From positions 2,816,001-2,880,000 of the forward strand of contig OY969695.1 of the NCBI GenBank assembly GCA_963701965.1: 64,000 bases of DNA. The letters are read 5' to 3'. How positions within the stretch are numbered: the stretch's first letter is position 1; each line of letters opens with the position of its first letter. Both the position numbers and the translations under genes were made by a program. The notes beneath the pieces are model-generated. The model did no database searches and was not told the DNA's origin. It saw only the letters and a program-made list of their open reading frames with translations. This document shows positions 41,201 through 50,423 of this stretch, one piece after another. Source of the stretch: an uncultured Gemmatimonadales bacterium. GTDB taxonomy: Bacteria; Gemmatimonadota; Gemmatimonadetes; Gemmatimonadales; Gemmatimonadaceae.

Positions 41201-43360
41201 ATGCACGGGAAGTCGGCCTGGCCAATCGTTACACGTCTCGTCATTCTGTCTCATCGCATCGGGCTGGCCAAACGCCCGGATTCAGGCTCAAGGGTGGGTC
41301 ATGCCGCGCGCCGGATTCGCGCCGACGGTCGTTCGCACGTCGAGCGATGTCCGGGCCGATCTGACGGATCGGGTCGTGCGCTGGGAGGTCAAGGAGACCT
41401 TCCGCAACACGGGCGGCCAACTCGGCGAGGCCGACTATCTGTTCCCGTTGCCGCGCGACGCGGCGTTCGAAAACCTGCGGCTGTCGATCAACGGCGAGCT
41501 CGTGGCCGGCGAGACGCTCGGCGCCCAGGAAGCGCGCAGTCTCTACGAAGAGATCGTGCGGCGACGCCGCGATCCGGCGCTCGTCGAGTGGATGGGGTAC
41601 GGATTGCTTCGCGCGCGCATCTTCCCGCTGGCGCCGGGCGAGGAAAAGACGGTCGTCGTGCGGTTTCAGACGGTCATGCAGCGGGAGGGCGATGCCATGC
41701 GGATCGACTACGTCCGCGCTGGCGGCCGCTCGGACCGGACGGACAGCACGGACAGCGGGCGCTGGAACTTCGCGCTCGCGCTGCCGGCGCAAGGTCGCTA
41801 CGGCACGCCCTACTCGCCGACGCACCAGTTGACGACGGCGGATGAAGACGGACGGCGCGTCGTCCACGTCGCCGGCGCCGCGCGCGACATCACGATCCTG
41901 TTGCCCGTGGAGCAACCCGCGCGGGCGTCGATCGCCATGCTGCCGTATGCGCCGGGGGGCGAAGATGGCTACGCGCTGCTCACGCTCACGCCGCCGCGCG
42001 CCCACCGGGCGAACATCGCGCCGCGGGACGTGACGCTGGTGCTCGATGTGTCGGGGTCCATGAATGGGCGCAAGATGGATCAGGCGCGCGCGGCCGGCCG
42101 GGCGCTGCTCAAGACGTTGCGGCCGACGGACCGGTTTCGGTTGATCGACTTCTCGACTGATGTACGGTCATTCCGCGACGGGTGGACCGTGGCTACTGAC
42201 GACAACCTGGCGGCGGCGGACCGCTACTTCACGCAGCTCGAGGCCGAGGGGTCGACGAACATTCGAGGGGGCGCTGCGCGCGGCGTTCACCGTGGCTCCG
42301 GATAGCGAGCGGCTGCCGCTCGTGCTCTTCATCACCGATGGCGAGCCCACGGTCGGCGAGCGCCGGCCCGACGCGCTGGCCAAGATGCTCGCCGACGCCA
42401 GGCATCAGGCGCGCGTGTTCACGTTCGGCCTCGGTGCCGACGTCAATGCGTCGCTGCTGGAGCAGTTCGCGCTCGACGGGCGGGGGACGGCGCAGTTCGT
42501 GCGACCCGACGAGTCGGTCGAGCGCGCGGTGTCGCTCGTCGCCCGGCGCTTGGCCGATCCCGTGGTCACGGATCTCGTGGTGCGCGTCGACGGGCCGGTG
42601 CAATTGCGACACGTGTCGCAGGCGGGGCCGATCGATCTCTTCGACGGACAGGACGTCGTTGTGTTGGCGCGTTATACGGGGACGGGGCGCTCCCGTCTCG
42701 AGTTCGATGGCCGGAGCGTGGATGGGCCGGTGCACTGGACCCAAGACGTCGATTTTCCCGATCGCGACCGGGCCAATCCGTTCGTGGCGCGTCTCTGGGC
42801 GACGCAGCGCATCGGGTATCTGAGCGCCCAGCGGCGAAAGGATGGCCCTTCGGCCGAGCTCGACGACGAGATTCGCACGCTGGGCATGAAGTACGGCATT
42901 CCCACGGAGCTCACGTCGTATTTCGTCCGGGACCCCTCGATGCGGCTGGCTCAGACCGTGGTCACCGCCGGGGTGGTCGGTGCGCCGGCGGCGGCGCCGG
43001 CGCCCATGGTGGCGTTCGACGCCGCGAAAACGGCGTCGGCGCAGCGGCAGGTGTCGTCGCTGTCGGCCATGGAGACGTCAGGCGTCCGGTACCGAGCGGC
43101 GGGCGGAGGATCGGACCTTTGTGCAGAAGGACAGCGTCTGGGTGGATACGCGCGACCGTCCGGCCCTGCCCGTCGTGCGCGTCCAGCCGTACACGCCGGC
43201 CTATTTCGCGCTGCTCGATGCGATCCCGGAGTTGCGGGCGTTGTTCGCGGTTGGCGAGCGGGTACGGGTGAGCGGGCGGACGATCGCGATCGAGGTCACG
43301 CCCGCCGGTGTCGAGCGGTTGACCGACGCCGAGGTCGCGCGCGTGCGCGCCGGCTGGTAG
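41201..43360 (+). CDS. Secreted VIT + vWA domain protein, split by three apparent +1 frameshifts (41245, 42263, ~43080)
   Basis: Signal peptide, VIT domain (ETFRN..EADYLFPLP, YEEIVRRRRDPAL), MIDAS DVSGSM, GSTNI, FITDGEPT and C-terminal RTFVQKDSVWVD. The joined protein is about 718 aa. Confidence 0.88.
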
Positions 43361-43370
43361 CGTTGCGATC

Positions 43371-43898
43371 GTGGACGACGCCGACCGCCTCTTTCGCGAG
43401 TATCACGCGCCGCTCGTGCGGTACTTGACGAGGCGGCTCGGCGACCGGGATTGGGCCGAGGAGGTCGCGCAGGAGACCTTTCTGCGGGCGCTGCGGCAGC
43501 CGGTGTTGGTGAGTGAGCGGGCGTGGTTGTTTGCGGTGGCCACGAACTTGGTCCGCGACGCCGCGCGGAAAGACGCGCGGCGGAGGAGGTGGTTGCAGGT
43601 GCTGGCCGCCGAGGAAAGGGAGCGGGAGGAGACCGAGCCCATCTCGGCGCTGGAGCAGGCGCAGGAGGCCGCGCTCGCGCGACGGGCCGTCGACGCGCTG
43701 GCGGAGCGGGACCGGTTGGCGTTGCTCATGCGGGAGGAAGGGCTGAGCTATGAGGAGATCGCTGAGGCTCTGTCGTTGTCCGTTGGATCCATCGGCACGA
43801 CGTTGGCGCGGGCGCGGCGGCGGCTGGCCGAGAGTTACGAGGCACTGCAGGGCGCGGCGCGCGTCCGTGAGGTGGGACGGAGGGGCCATGCCACGTAG
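43371..43898 (+). CDS. ECF RNA polymerase sigma factor
   Basis: LFREYHAPLVRYL, AEEVAQETFLR, AWLFAVATNL and GLSYEEIAEAL..SVGSIGTTLARAR. Confidence 0.93.
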   Translation: MDDADRLFREYHAPLVRYLTRRLGDRDWAEEVAQETFLRALRQPVLVSERAWLFAVATNLVRDAARKDARRRRWLQVLAAEEREREETEPISALEQAQEAALARRAVDALAERDRLALLMREEGLSYEEIAEALSLSVGSIGTTLARARRRLAESYEALQGAARVREVGRRGHAT

Positions 43899-45429
43899 TG
43901 GAGAGCGGCACATCGAGGAAGGCACGCTGCACGCGTGGATCGATGGGGCGTTGGTGCCCATCGAGGCGGCGCGCGTCGAGGCGCACATCGAGCGGTGCGA
44001 CGCGTGTCAGGAAGCCGCGGCCGAGGCGCGCGGCCTCGCGGCCGCGGCCTCGCGCATCCTCACGGCGCTCAATGCGGTCCCATCGGGGATTGTACCCGCT
44101 CCGTCGGACGAGCCCGGCTCTACTTTCGCGGCGCGGAGCCGGCGCCGGCCATTTATCTCCTGGTCGCTCCGCGTTGCGGCGACGCTGCTCGTCGTCGCGG
44201 CCGGCACGCTCTCCGTCGTCCGGGTCGCGCAGCAGGATTCCCGGCCTCCGGCGACTGTGGCGCCTGCGGCGCCAGCAGCGCCGCTGCCGTCAGCCCCGGC
44301 GCCGTCGGGGGCTGCCCCCTCAGGGACTGCGCCTTCGGGGGCTGCGCCGTCGGTAGCTGCGCCGTCAGGGGCTGCGCCGTCGGGGGCTGCGCCGTCGGGG
44401 GCTGCGCCGTCGGGGGCTGCGCCGTCGGGGGCTGCGCCGTCGGGGGCTGCGCCGTCAGGGGCTGCGCCGTCAGGGGCTGCGCCGTCGGGGGCTGCGTCGT
44501 CGGGGGCTGCGCCGTCGGGGGCTGCGCCGTCGGCCACTGCGCGATCGGGGGCGCCGGCGTTTGTGCCTCCGCCCTCGGCGCCGCCGCGGTCAGCCGCGCC
44601 GGCACCGCAGTTAGCGGCGAAGGCGGCGGAGCCGCCGCCGGTGGGCGCGGCCCGCGACTCGGTCGTTCAGGCACCAGCCGCGGCGAGCGACATGGCGGTG
44701 GCCCAGCGCGAGCAGCAGTTGCAAAATGACAATCGTGCTGCCCCCGCCAGGCCGGCTGGCATAGCGGGAGCCCTTACGCGACCGCTGGCGCAGGCCGCGG
44801 CTCCCAGTATGGCGGCCGCGGCGCCGATCGTCAGCGGCCGGGTAACGTCGGCGACGACCGGCGCGCCGGTCGCGGATGCGGTTGTCTCGTTGGCCAATGC
44901 CCAGGGGAGCGCGCAGACGTCGGCCGACGGGCACTACTCGATCGCGGTGCCCGACACGGTGTCCAAGGGCCACATCGCCACGCTCGTGATCCGCCGTCTC
45001 GGCTTTCAGCCGCAGCGACAGGATGTCGCGGTGGCGCCGGGTGTGACGGCGCACGACGTCGCATTGGTCGAGAACCGGCAGACGCTCATGCAGATGGTCG
45101 TCGCGGGCACGGCCAGCGCAACGCCTGTCGGCTGCTATCAGACGAAGAGCCCATTCTTCCCGTCCCGTTTCACACTAGACACCGCACCCGGCGACACACT
45201 TCCCCTGCGCCTCTCTCCCCCCGACGCACGCCGGTTCCCCATCGCGTACTGGCTCCGCGGCGATTCGGGCCGCGTGGTCTTGGTCGTATCACCGGATTCG
45301 ACGAGCGAGCCCATTCGCATCAAAGCGGCCGTGACCGCCGATAGCCTGAGCGGCGCGACAATCGCGCCGGATGACGAGCTGACTCAGCCCGCGCCGTTCA
45401 CGGCGACGCGCTGCAAGCCAGCGCGCTGA
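43888..45429 (+). CDS. Zinc-finger (zf-HC2) anti-sigma factor with TM, VNTR linker and carboxypeptidase-regulatory-like domain
   Basis: HIEEGTLHAWIDG...HIERCDAC (HxxxCxxC), a TM helix and VSGRVTSATTGAPV...TSADGHYSI...RRLGF. It overlaps the sigma stop and has a GGAGG RBS. Confidence 0.88.
   Translation: MPRSGERHIEEGTLHAWIDGALVPIEAARVEAHIERCDACQEAAAEARGLAAAASRILTALNAVPSGIVPAPSDEPGSTFAARSRRRPFISWSLRVAATLLVVAAGTLSVVRVAQQDSRPPATVAPAAPAAPLPSAPAPSGAAPSGTAPSGAAPSVAAPSGAAPSGAAPSGAAPSGAAPSGAAPSGAAPSGAAPSGAAPSGAASSGAAPSGAAPSATARSGAPAFVPPPSAPPRSAAPAPQLAAKAAEPPPVGAARDSVVQAPAAASDMAVAQREQQLQNDNRAAPARPAGIAGALTRPLAQAAAPSMAAAAPIVSGRVTSATTGAPVADAVVSLANAQGSAQTSADGHYSIAVPDTVSKGHIATLVIRRLGFQPQRQDVAVAPGVTAHDVALVENRQTLMQMVVAGTASATPVGCYQTKSPFFPSRFTLDTAPGDTLPLRLSPPDARRFPIAYWLRGDSGRVVLVVSPDSTSEPIRIKAAVTADSLSGATIAPDDELTQPAPFTATRCKPAR
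44308..44532 (+). repeat. In-frame tandem repeat, 15 copies of 15 bp (GGGGCTGCGCCGTCG; GAAPS)
   Basis: Directly visible, with minor variants (GTAPS, VAAPS, GAASS) and a degenerate 16th unit extending to 44547. Confidence 0.97.
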
Positions 45430-46706
45430 GGCGCGACGCCCAGGCTCTTCTCGATCGCATCGCACGCCACGGCGATGCCGCGCTCGGCCCGCACGCGGGC
45501 GCCAATGGCGGCGGCGCGCTCCGCCGTGGCCGGGTCGCCGAGCACGGCATCGAGCGCGCGGGCCGCCGTGTCGGTGCGATATCGCGCGCGCGGCACGACG
45601 CGGGCGACGCCGAGGCGTTCGCAGCGCGCCGCGTTGTCCGGCTGGTCGTGGCTAAAGGGCACGACGACCGCGGGCCGACCGGCGCGGAGCGCCTGCCCGG
45701 TCGTGCCCACGCCGCCCTGATGCACGACCGCCGCGGCCAGCGGCATGACCAGGTGATGGGGGAGATACGGCACGGCCAACACGTCGTCCTGCCCGCGGAA
45801 CGTCTCCACCACTCCCGGCGCCGGGCCCACGAGGACGATGCTGCGCCGTCCGACGCGCCGCGCGGCCGCGATGCTCGCGGCGAAGAAATCACCGGCCGTC
45901 GCCACGGCCAATGACCCCAGCGTGAAGACGATCGGCGGCTCGCCCGCCGCCGCGAACGCACGCGCCAGGTCGGCCGGCTCGTCGAGCCCCGGCGGCGTCG
46001 CGTCGTAGAACGGAAACCCCGTCACCAGAGTCCGCGGCGGAAAATCCGGTTGCGGGCTCCCGAGGACCGGCGAGAACAGCGCCAGCACGCGCTCGTCCGA
46101 GTGCTGTCCCTCGAACAGCGGGTGGGCGCCGAGCGTGACCCCTTGGTCCCTAGCCAGCGCGCGGAGCGGTGCCAGCCATCGCCCCGTCTGCAAACGGCCC
46201 GCCGCGACGAACGCCCGCGCCGCGGACGGTCCCAGGCGGCGAAAGATCCGGCCAACCCACGGCGCCTGCGGGACGAGGGGGAAATCGTAGGCCGAGAAGA
46301 ACGAGATCGGCGCCAGGACCGAGGACACCCAGCGGAGCGAGGGGCGTTTGCGCACGACCACCGGACCCGCGAAGGACAGCACGTGCGTGACCAGCAAGTC
46401 CGCCTGGGCGGTGGCCGCCGCGAGATCCGCGTATGTCTCGCGGACCGCGGACAGCACCAGCCGGATGACCGTCTCGGTGCCGCGGAGCGGATCCATGATG
46501 CCCCGCATGAACGCCGCGTCGGTTGCATCGACGTCGGGCCGGATCGGCGCGAACGCGAGCCCTGCCGCTTCGACTATCCCGCGGTGCGACGCGCTGGTGG
46601 CGACGATCGCCTGGTGGCCGCGAGCAACGAGCTCGCGGCCGACCGCGACGTACGGGAACACGTCGCCGTAGGAGCCGAGCGTGTGCAGAACGATGCGCGC
46701 GGCCAC
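45384..46706 (-). CDS. GT-B glycosyltransferase family 1 (RhlB/sterol-GT-like)
   Basis: TLGSYGDVFPY, VFTLGS, YLPHH, VHQGGVGTT and PFSHDQPDNA. Confidence 0.92.
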   Translation of the reverse strand: MAARIVLHTLGSYGDVFPYVAVGRELVARGHQAIVATSASHRGIVEAAGLAFAPIRPDVDATDAAFMRGIMDPLRGTETVIRLVLSAVRETYADLAAATAQADLLVTHVLSFAGPVVVRKRPSLRWVSSVLAPISFFSAYDFPLVPQAPWVGRIFRRLGPSAARAFVAAGRLQTGRWLAPLRALARDQGVTLGAHPLFEGQHSDERVLALFSPVLGSPQPDFPPRTLVTGFPFYDATPPGLDEPADLARAFAAAGEPPIVFTLGSLAVATAGDFFAASIAAARRVGRRSIVLVGPAPGVVETFRGQDDVLAVPYLPHHLVMPLAAAVVHQGGVGTTGQALRAGRPAVVVPFSHDQPDNAARCERLGVARVVPRARYRTDTAARALDAVLGDPATAERAAAIGARVRAERGIAVACDAIEKSLGVAPQRAGLQRVAVNGAG

Positions 46707-46713
46707 CGGACGG

Positions 46714-47418
46714 CTAGGTGCGCGGGTTCGTCGCCCAGATCGTCAGGTCGGTCGTGAACCCCCGATCATCCATCGTCAGCATCCCTAAGATCGCGTGGGC
46801 GATTTCCTCGGGGCGGAGCTTGTCCTCACTGGCCGTCTGCAGGCGTCCCGAGTTGTGCGCGAAGTCCGTGATCACCTCGCTCGGATTCACCTGCATCACG
46901 CGGATGTTCGCTTTGCGCAATTCGGCCCGCCAGCATTCGGTGAGGCCGCTGAGCGCGAACTTACTGGCGACGTACGCCGAGCCACCCGGGTAGCCGCGCA
47001 TGCTCGACGTCGAGCCCACGTTGACGATATTCCCCGTCTGCTGCTGGACGAAGTAGCGCGCCGACTCCCGCGCGACCAACATGGCCCCCGTGATGTTCGT
47101 CGCCAGCAGGCGCTCGAACGCGTCCGTGTCCACGTCGAGCAACGGCGCGAAGTAACCGAACGCCGCGTTGTTGATCAACACGTTGTAGTCGCCGAACTCG
47201 TCGACCACGCGGGCGACGAGCCGCGTGACCGACTCCTCGTCGCTCACGTCCGCCGGCACGCCCAGGATGCCCAACTCATCGGCGGCCTGCTCGACCTTGT
47301 CGGCGCGCCGGCCGCAGATAGCGACTTTGGCGCCGGCCGCCGCCAGCTCGCGGGCGGTCTCATAGCCGATACCGGAACTCCCCCCGGTCACCAGGGCGAC
47401 TGCGTTCTTGAGATTCAT
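46714..47418 (-). CDS. SDR family oxidoreductase
   Basis: TGGSSGIG, LINNA, VGSTS and YVASK. Start MNLKNA lies 6 nt after a perfect TATAAT. Confidence 0.93.
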   Translation of the reverse strand: MNLKNAVALVTGGSSGIGYETARELAAAGAKVAICGRRADKVEQAADELGILGVPADVSDEESVTRLVARVVDEFGDYNVLINNAAFGYFAPLLDVDTDAFERLLATNITGAMLVARESARYFVQQQTGNIVNVGSTSSMRGYPGGSAYVASKFALSGLTECWRAELRKANIRVMQVNPSEVITDFAHNSGRLQTASEDKLRPEEIAHAILGMLTMDDRGFTTDLTIWATNPRT

Positions 47419-47443
47419 GCCTGGATTATACCATACTGTGCCC
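47419..47443. promoter_or_regulatory. 25-bp bidirectional promoter with back-to-back -10 boxes
   Basis: CAT-gcctgg-ATTATA-c-CATACT-gtgccc-ATG gives TATAAT (minus) and CATACT (plus), each 6 nt from an ATG. Confidence 0.7.
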
Positions 47444-49303
47444 ATGTCCGAGGCCGAGCAGGTCGAGCAGCTGGCGCGGGCAGTGCGCGCCTTGCAGGCG
47501 CAGGTCGAAGGGCTGCGGCGCGATGTGCAGCGTCTGGCCGAGCCGCGGGCGGTGCCCGCTCCGGTCGCTGTGGCACGCGTCGCGCTAAGACCGCCAGACC
47601 CGGTGGAACGAGTCGCGAGGCCCGTGGCGCCGCCGCGCGGGCCGCGGTTCACGGTCGACATTGAGTCCATCGTCGGTCGCTACGGGACCTTGGCACTCGC
47701 CACCCTCGCCATCCTGCTGGGAGTCGGAAGCTTCGTAAACTGGGCCATCGCGCACGGGTTGCTCGTCCCGTGGGTGCGCGTGGCGTTGGGCCTCTTGGCG
47801 GCGGTGGCGATCGGCGTCGCCGGGATGCGCGTCCGACCGCACGCGCGCCCGTTCGGCAACGCGCTCTTGGCGTTGGCATTGGCCATCGTGCACGTCAATG
47901 CGTGGGGCGCGGGGCCCGTGCTCGGCTTGGTGCCGGGGTGGGCCGCGCTGGCCGTCGCCGGTGCCGCGTCCGCCGTGCTGTCGGTGTTCGCGCTGGTGCA
48001 GGGCGAGCAGACCCTGTTCAGCCTGGGTGTCGGTGGCGCGCTGATCGCGCCATTCGTCACGACGTACGGGCCGCCCCGCATCGTGGCGCTTCTCTCCTAT
48101 GGGTACTGCGTCATCGCCCTCGCCATGAGTGCAATCAAGAGTCGCGAGTGGCGGTTGCCCACGTGGTTGCTGGCGGCGGGTTGTCCGATCTACGTCGTCG
48201 CGGCGCTCGAAGCGGGAACGACCCTCGATCCGTGGATACCGGCGCTGCTGCCCGCGGCGTTCGCGCTGGCGTGCGCCATCACGGCGCTCCGGAGCGTCAT
48301 TCCCGCGCGGCGGACCGTCGTGGCGCACGTCGCCTTGGGGGCGCTCCTCCTTGGCCTGGGTTTGCGCGCCGCCGATCGTTTGAGCCTGGGCATCGTGATC
48401 CTGGCCGCGGCGGGGACCGTCACCGCCTACGCCAGTCTTCGCACCATCGACGCCGAGGCCATCGTCGCGCGCCTGTTGGCGAGCGTCGTATTCCCACTGG
48501 GATTTCTGGCGACGGCCGCCTATGTCGCGCCCAATCGGGACATCGCCGCGCTCATCGCGCTCGCCTGGATGGGCGGTGCCATCGGGATGGCGTTCAACAG
48601 CGATCCGGCCAATGAGGCGGGCGGCTTGGACCTGGCCGTCGCGGCCTTGGCGGGGTCCGCCGCCATCGTGCTGGCCACACAGGAGCGCTCCGCGCCCCTC
48701 TGTATCACGCTCCTCGCGGGCGCCGCGGCGACCGGAGCCTACGTCATGATGCGCTGGCGCATCGCGGCCCTGGCGGTGCCCGTGGCGCTCAATCTCCTCG
48801 TCACGGCCGGATGGGCGGCCAACCTGCTCATCTACCGGCCTCATTACGGATACATCCCGTTCGCGTCATCGCCCGGAGTGGCGGCGGGTGCGACATCGGC
48901 CGCCTGGATCATGTCGGCGTGGTGCGCGAGCCGGTTCACCGCGAAAGACGGGACGGCCGTACTGGACACCCGGTGGCGGACCGGACTCTGGGTGGTGGCG
49001 GTGCTCGTGGCGTTCCTCTGGGGACGCGACGAGTGCGGGCACGCGTTCTCGCCCGACATCGCGACCTTTCTCCTGATCGCGTACTACGCCATCACCGGCG
49101 TCGCGGCCATCTTCGTTGGTCGTGCGCGGGCGCTGCCGGTCGTGCGGCACGCGGGGCTCGTGGTCGCCATCTATGCGGCCCTCAAGTCCATCGCCCAGGC
49201 GTCGGACCTGGTCATCGTCCCGCGACTCGGGAGCTACTTCGTCGTGGGGCTCTTTCTTTTGGCGGTCGCTTACTGGTACCGGGCGCGCGTTCAGGGCGCG
49301 TAG
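47444..49303 (+). CDS. DUF2339-like multi-pass membrane protein
   Basis: N-terminal coiled coil, DIESIVGRYG..LLGVGSF..WAI, many TMs and a C-terminal LLAVAYWYR. Confidence 0.85.
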   Translation: MSEAEQVEQLARAVRALQAQVEGLRRDVQRLAEPRAVPAPVAVARVALRPPDPVERVARPVAPPRGPRFTVDIESIVGRYGTLALATLAILLGVGSFVNWAIAHGLLVPWVRVALGLLAAVAIGVAGMRVRPHARPFGNALLALALAIVHVNAWGAGPVLGLVPGWAALAVAGAASAVLSVFALVQGEQTLFSLGVGGALIAPFVTTYGPPRIVALLSYGYCVIALAMSAIKSREWRLPTWLLAAGCPIYVVAALEAGTTLDPWIPALLPAAFALACAITALRSVIPARRTVVAHVALGALLLGLGLRAADRLSLGIVILAAAGTVTAYASLRTIDAEAIVARLLASVVFPLGFLATAAYVAPNRDIAALIALAWMGGAIGMAFNSDPANEAGGLDLAVAALAGSAAIVLATQERSAPLCITLLAGAAATGAYVMMRWRIAALAVPVALNLLVTAGWAANLLIYRPHYGYIPFASSPGVAAGATSAAWIMSAWCASRFTAKDGTAVLDTRWRTGLWVVAVLVAFLWGRDECGHAFSPDIATFLLIAYYAITGVAAIFVGRARALPVVRHAGLVVAIYAALKSIAQASDLVIVPRLGSYFVVGLFLLAVAYWYRARVQGA

Positions 49304-50064
49304 TTCGGGTCCAGTGTATAGCCGCGGCCCGGGATCGTGTGCAGCAGGCGAGCCGGGTAGCCGGGTAGCCCCGCATTCTCGCCTTCGATCTTCCGCCGGA
49401 GCGCGGCCATGGAGTTCTGATACGTCCGGCTGTGCTCCGTGAATGTCTGCTCCCATACGGCCGCAGCGATCATCTTGATCGTGACCACGCGTCCCGAGTT
49501 GCGCATCAGGTAGCGCAGGAGGCGGAACTCGAGGCGCGTCAGCTCGATTTGGCGATCTCCCCGATGGACCGTCTGCGCGGTCTCATCGAGCTCCAGGTCA
49601 TCGACGCGCATGACGATGGACCCGTGGGCGCCGATCGTGCGGCGGGCGAGCGCGCGCACGCGGGCGAGCAGCTCCGGCCAGTTGAACGGCTTCGTGACGT
49701 AGTCATCGGCGCCCGCCTCCAGCCCCCGGACCCGGTCGGCCACCGCATCGCGGCCCGTGAGCATGATCACCGGCGTATCGATCCCCGCGCGGCGCATCTC
49801 GGTCAGCATCCCGATCCCGTCCAGGCGCGGCATCTCGAGATTGAGACACACGAGGTCGGGGAGCATCTCGCGCACGCAGCGGAGGCCCTCCTCGCCGTCC
49901 CCCGCCACGCGCACGTGATAGTGCTCGCTCTCAAACAGGCGACTCAGGAGCGCCCGGATCGCCGGCTGATCGTCGACGATCAGCACGTGGACGGCCCGCG
50001 GCGACCCGGCGGGGAGCCGGCGCCGGCTGTCTTCGGACACCTGGGAGAGGGAGTCTGGGCACAT
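49291..50064 (-). CDS. OmpR-family response regulator (atypical: Asn at the phosphoacceptor position)
   Basis: VLIVDD, DLVCLNLEMP, PVIMLT, GADDYVTKPF, LTRLEFRLL and HTIPGRGY. The start is uncertain. Confidence 0.9.
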   Translation of the reverse strand: MCPDSLSQVSEDSRRRLPAGSPRAVHVLIVDDQPAIRALLSRLFESEHYHVRVAGDGEEGLRCVREMLPDLVCLNLEMPRLDGIGMLTEMRRAGIDTPVIMLTGRDAVADRVRGLEAGADDYVTKPFNWPELLARVRALARRTIGAHGSIVMRVDDLELDETAQTVHRGDRQIELTRLEFRLLRYLMRNSGRVVTIKMIAAAVWEQTFTEHSRTYQNSMAALRRKIEGENAGLPGYPARLLHTIPGRGYTLDPNYAP

Positions 50065-50423
50065 AATCCGGTTGCCCAATGTCGGGCCGGTCCGGCCGGC
50101 GGCGCAACGGTCGACTACCGGTGGAGGCAGGGTGTCCGGTGCCGGTGTCTATGAAGGTGAGAGCAGAACGTGGAGGCGAGCGGCGCGTTGCAGCTTCGCG
50201 TGCGCAAATAACTTACGCGATAAACGTCCTCGGCGATTCATGAGAAAAATCTTGCACCGTGGAGGATTGCTCTTCGTTCGCTTCGTACGTACCTCTCTGT
50301 TACCAAAAAACGTGTGTGGTCACCCGCACCTTCCGACCGCGCGGCGGACAGATGACCAGTGACCACGCACGGCACGTCAGTCCTTGACGCAGCCGTTGCC
50401 CGACGGCTGCGCGTATAAACACC

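Noticed and set aside
44308..44547. Possible CRISPR array
   Set aside because: The units are contiguous 15-mers with no spacers, lie in frame within a CDS, and no cas genes are present.
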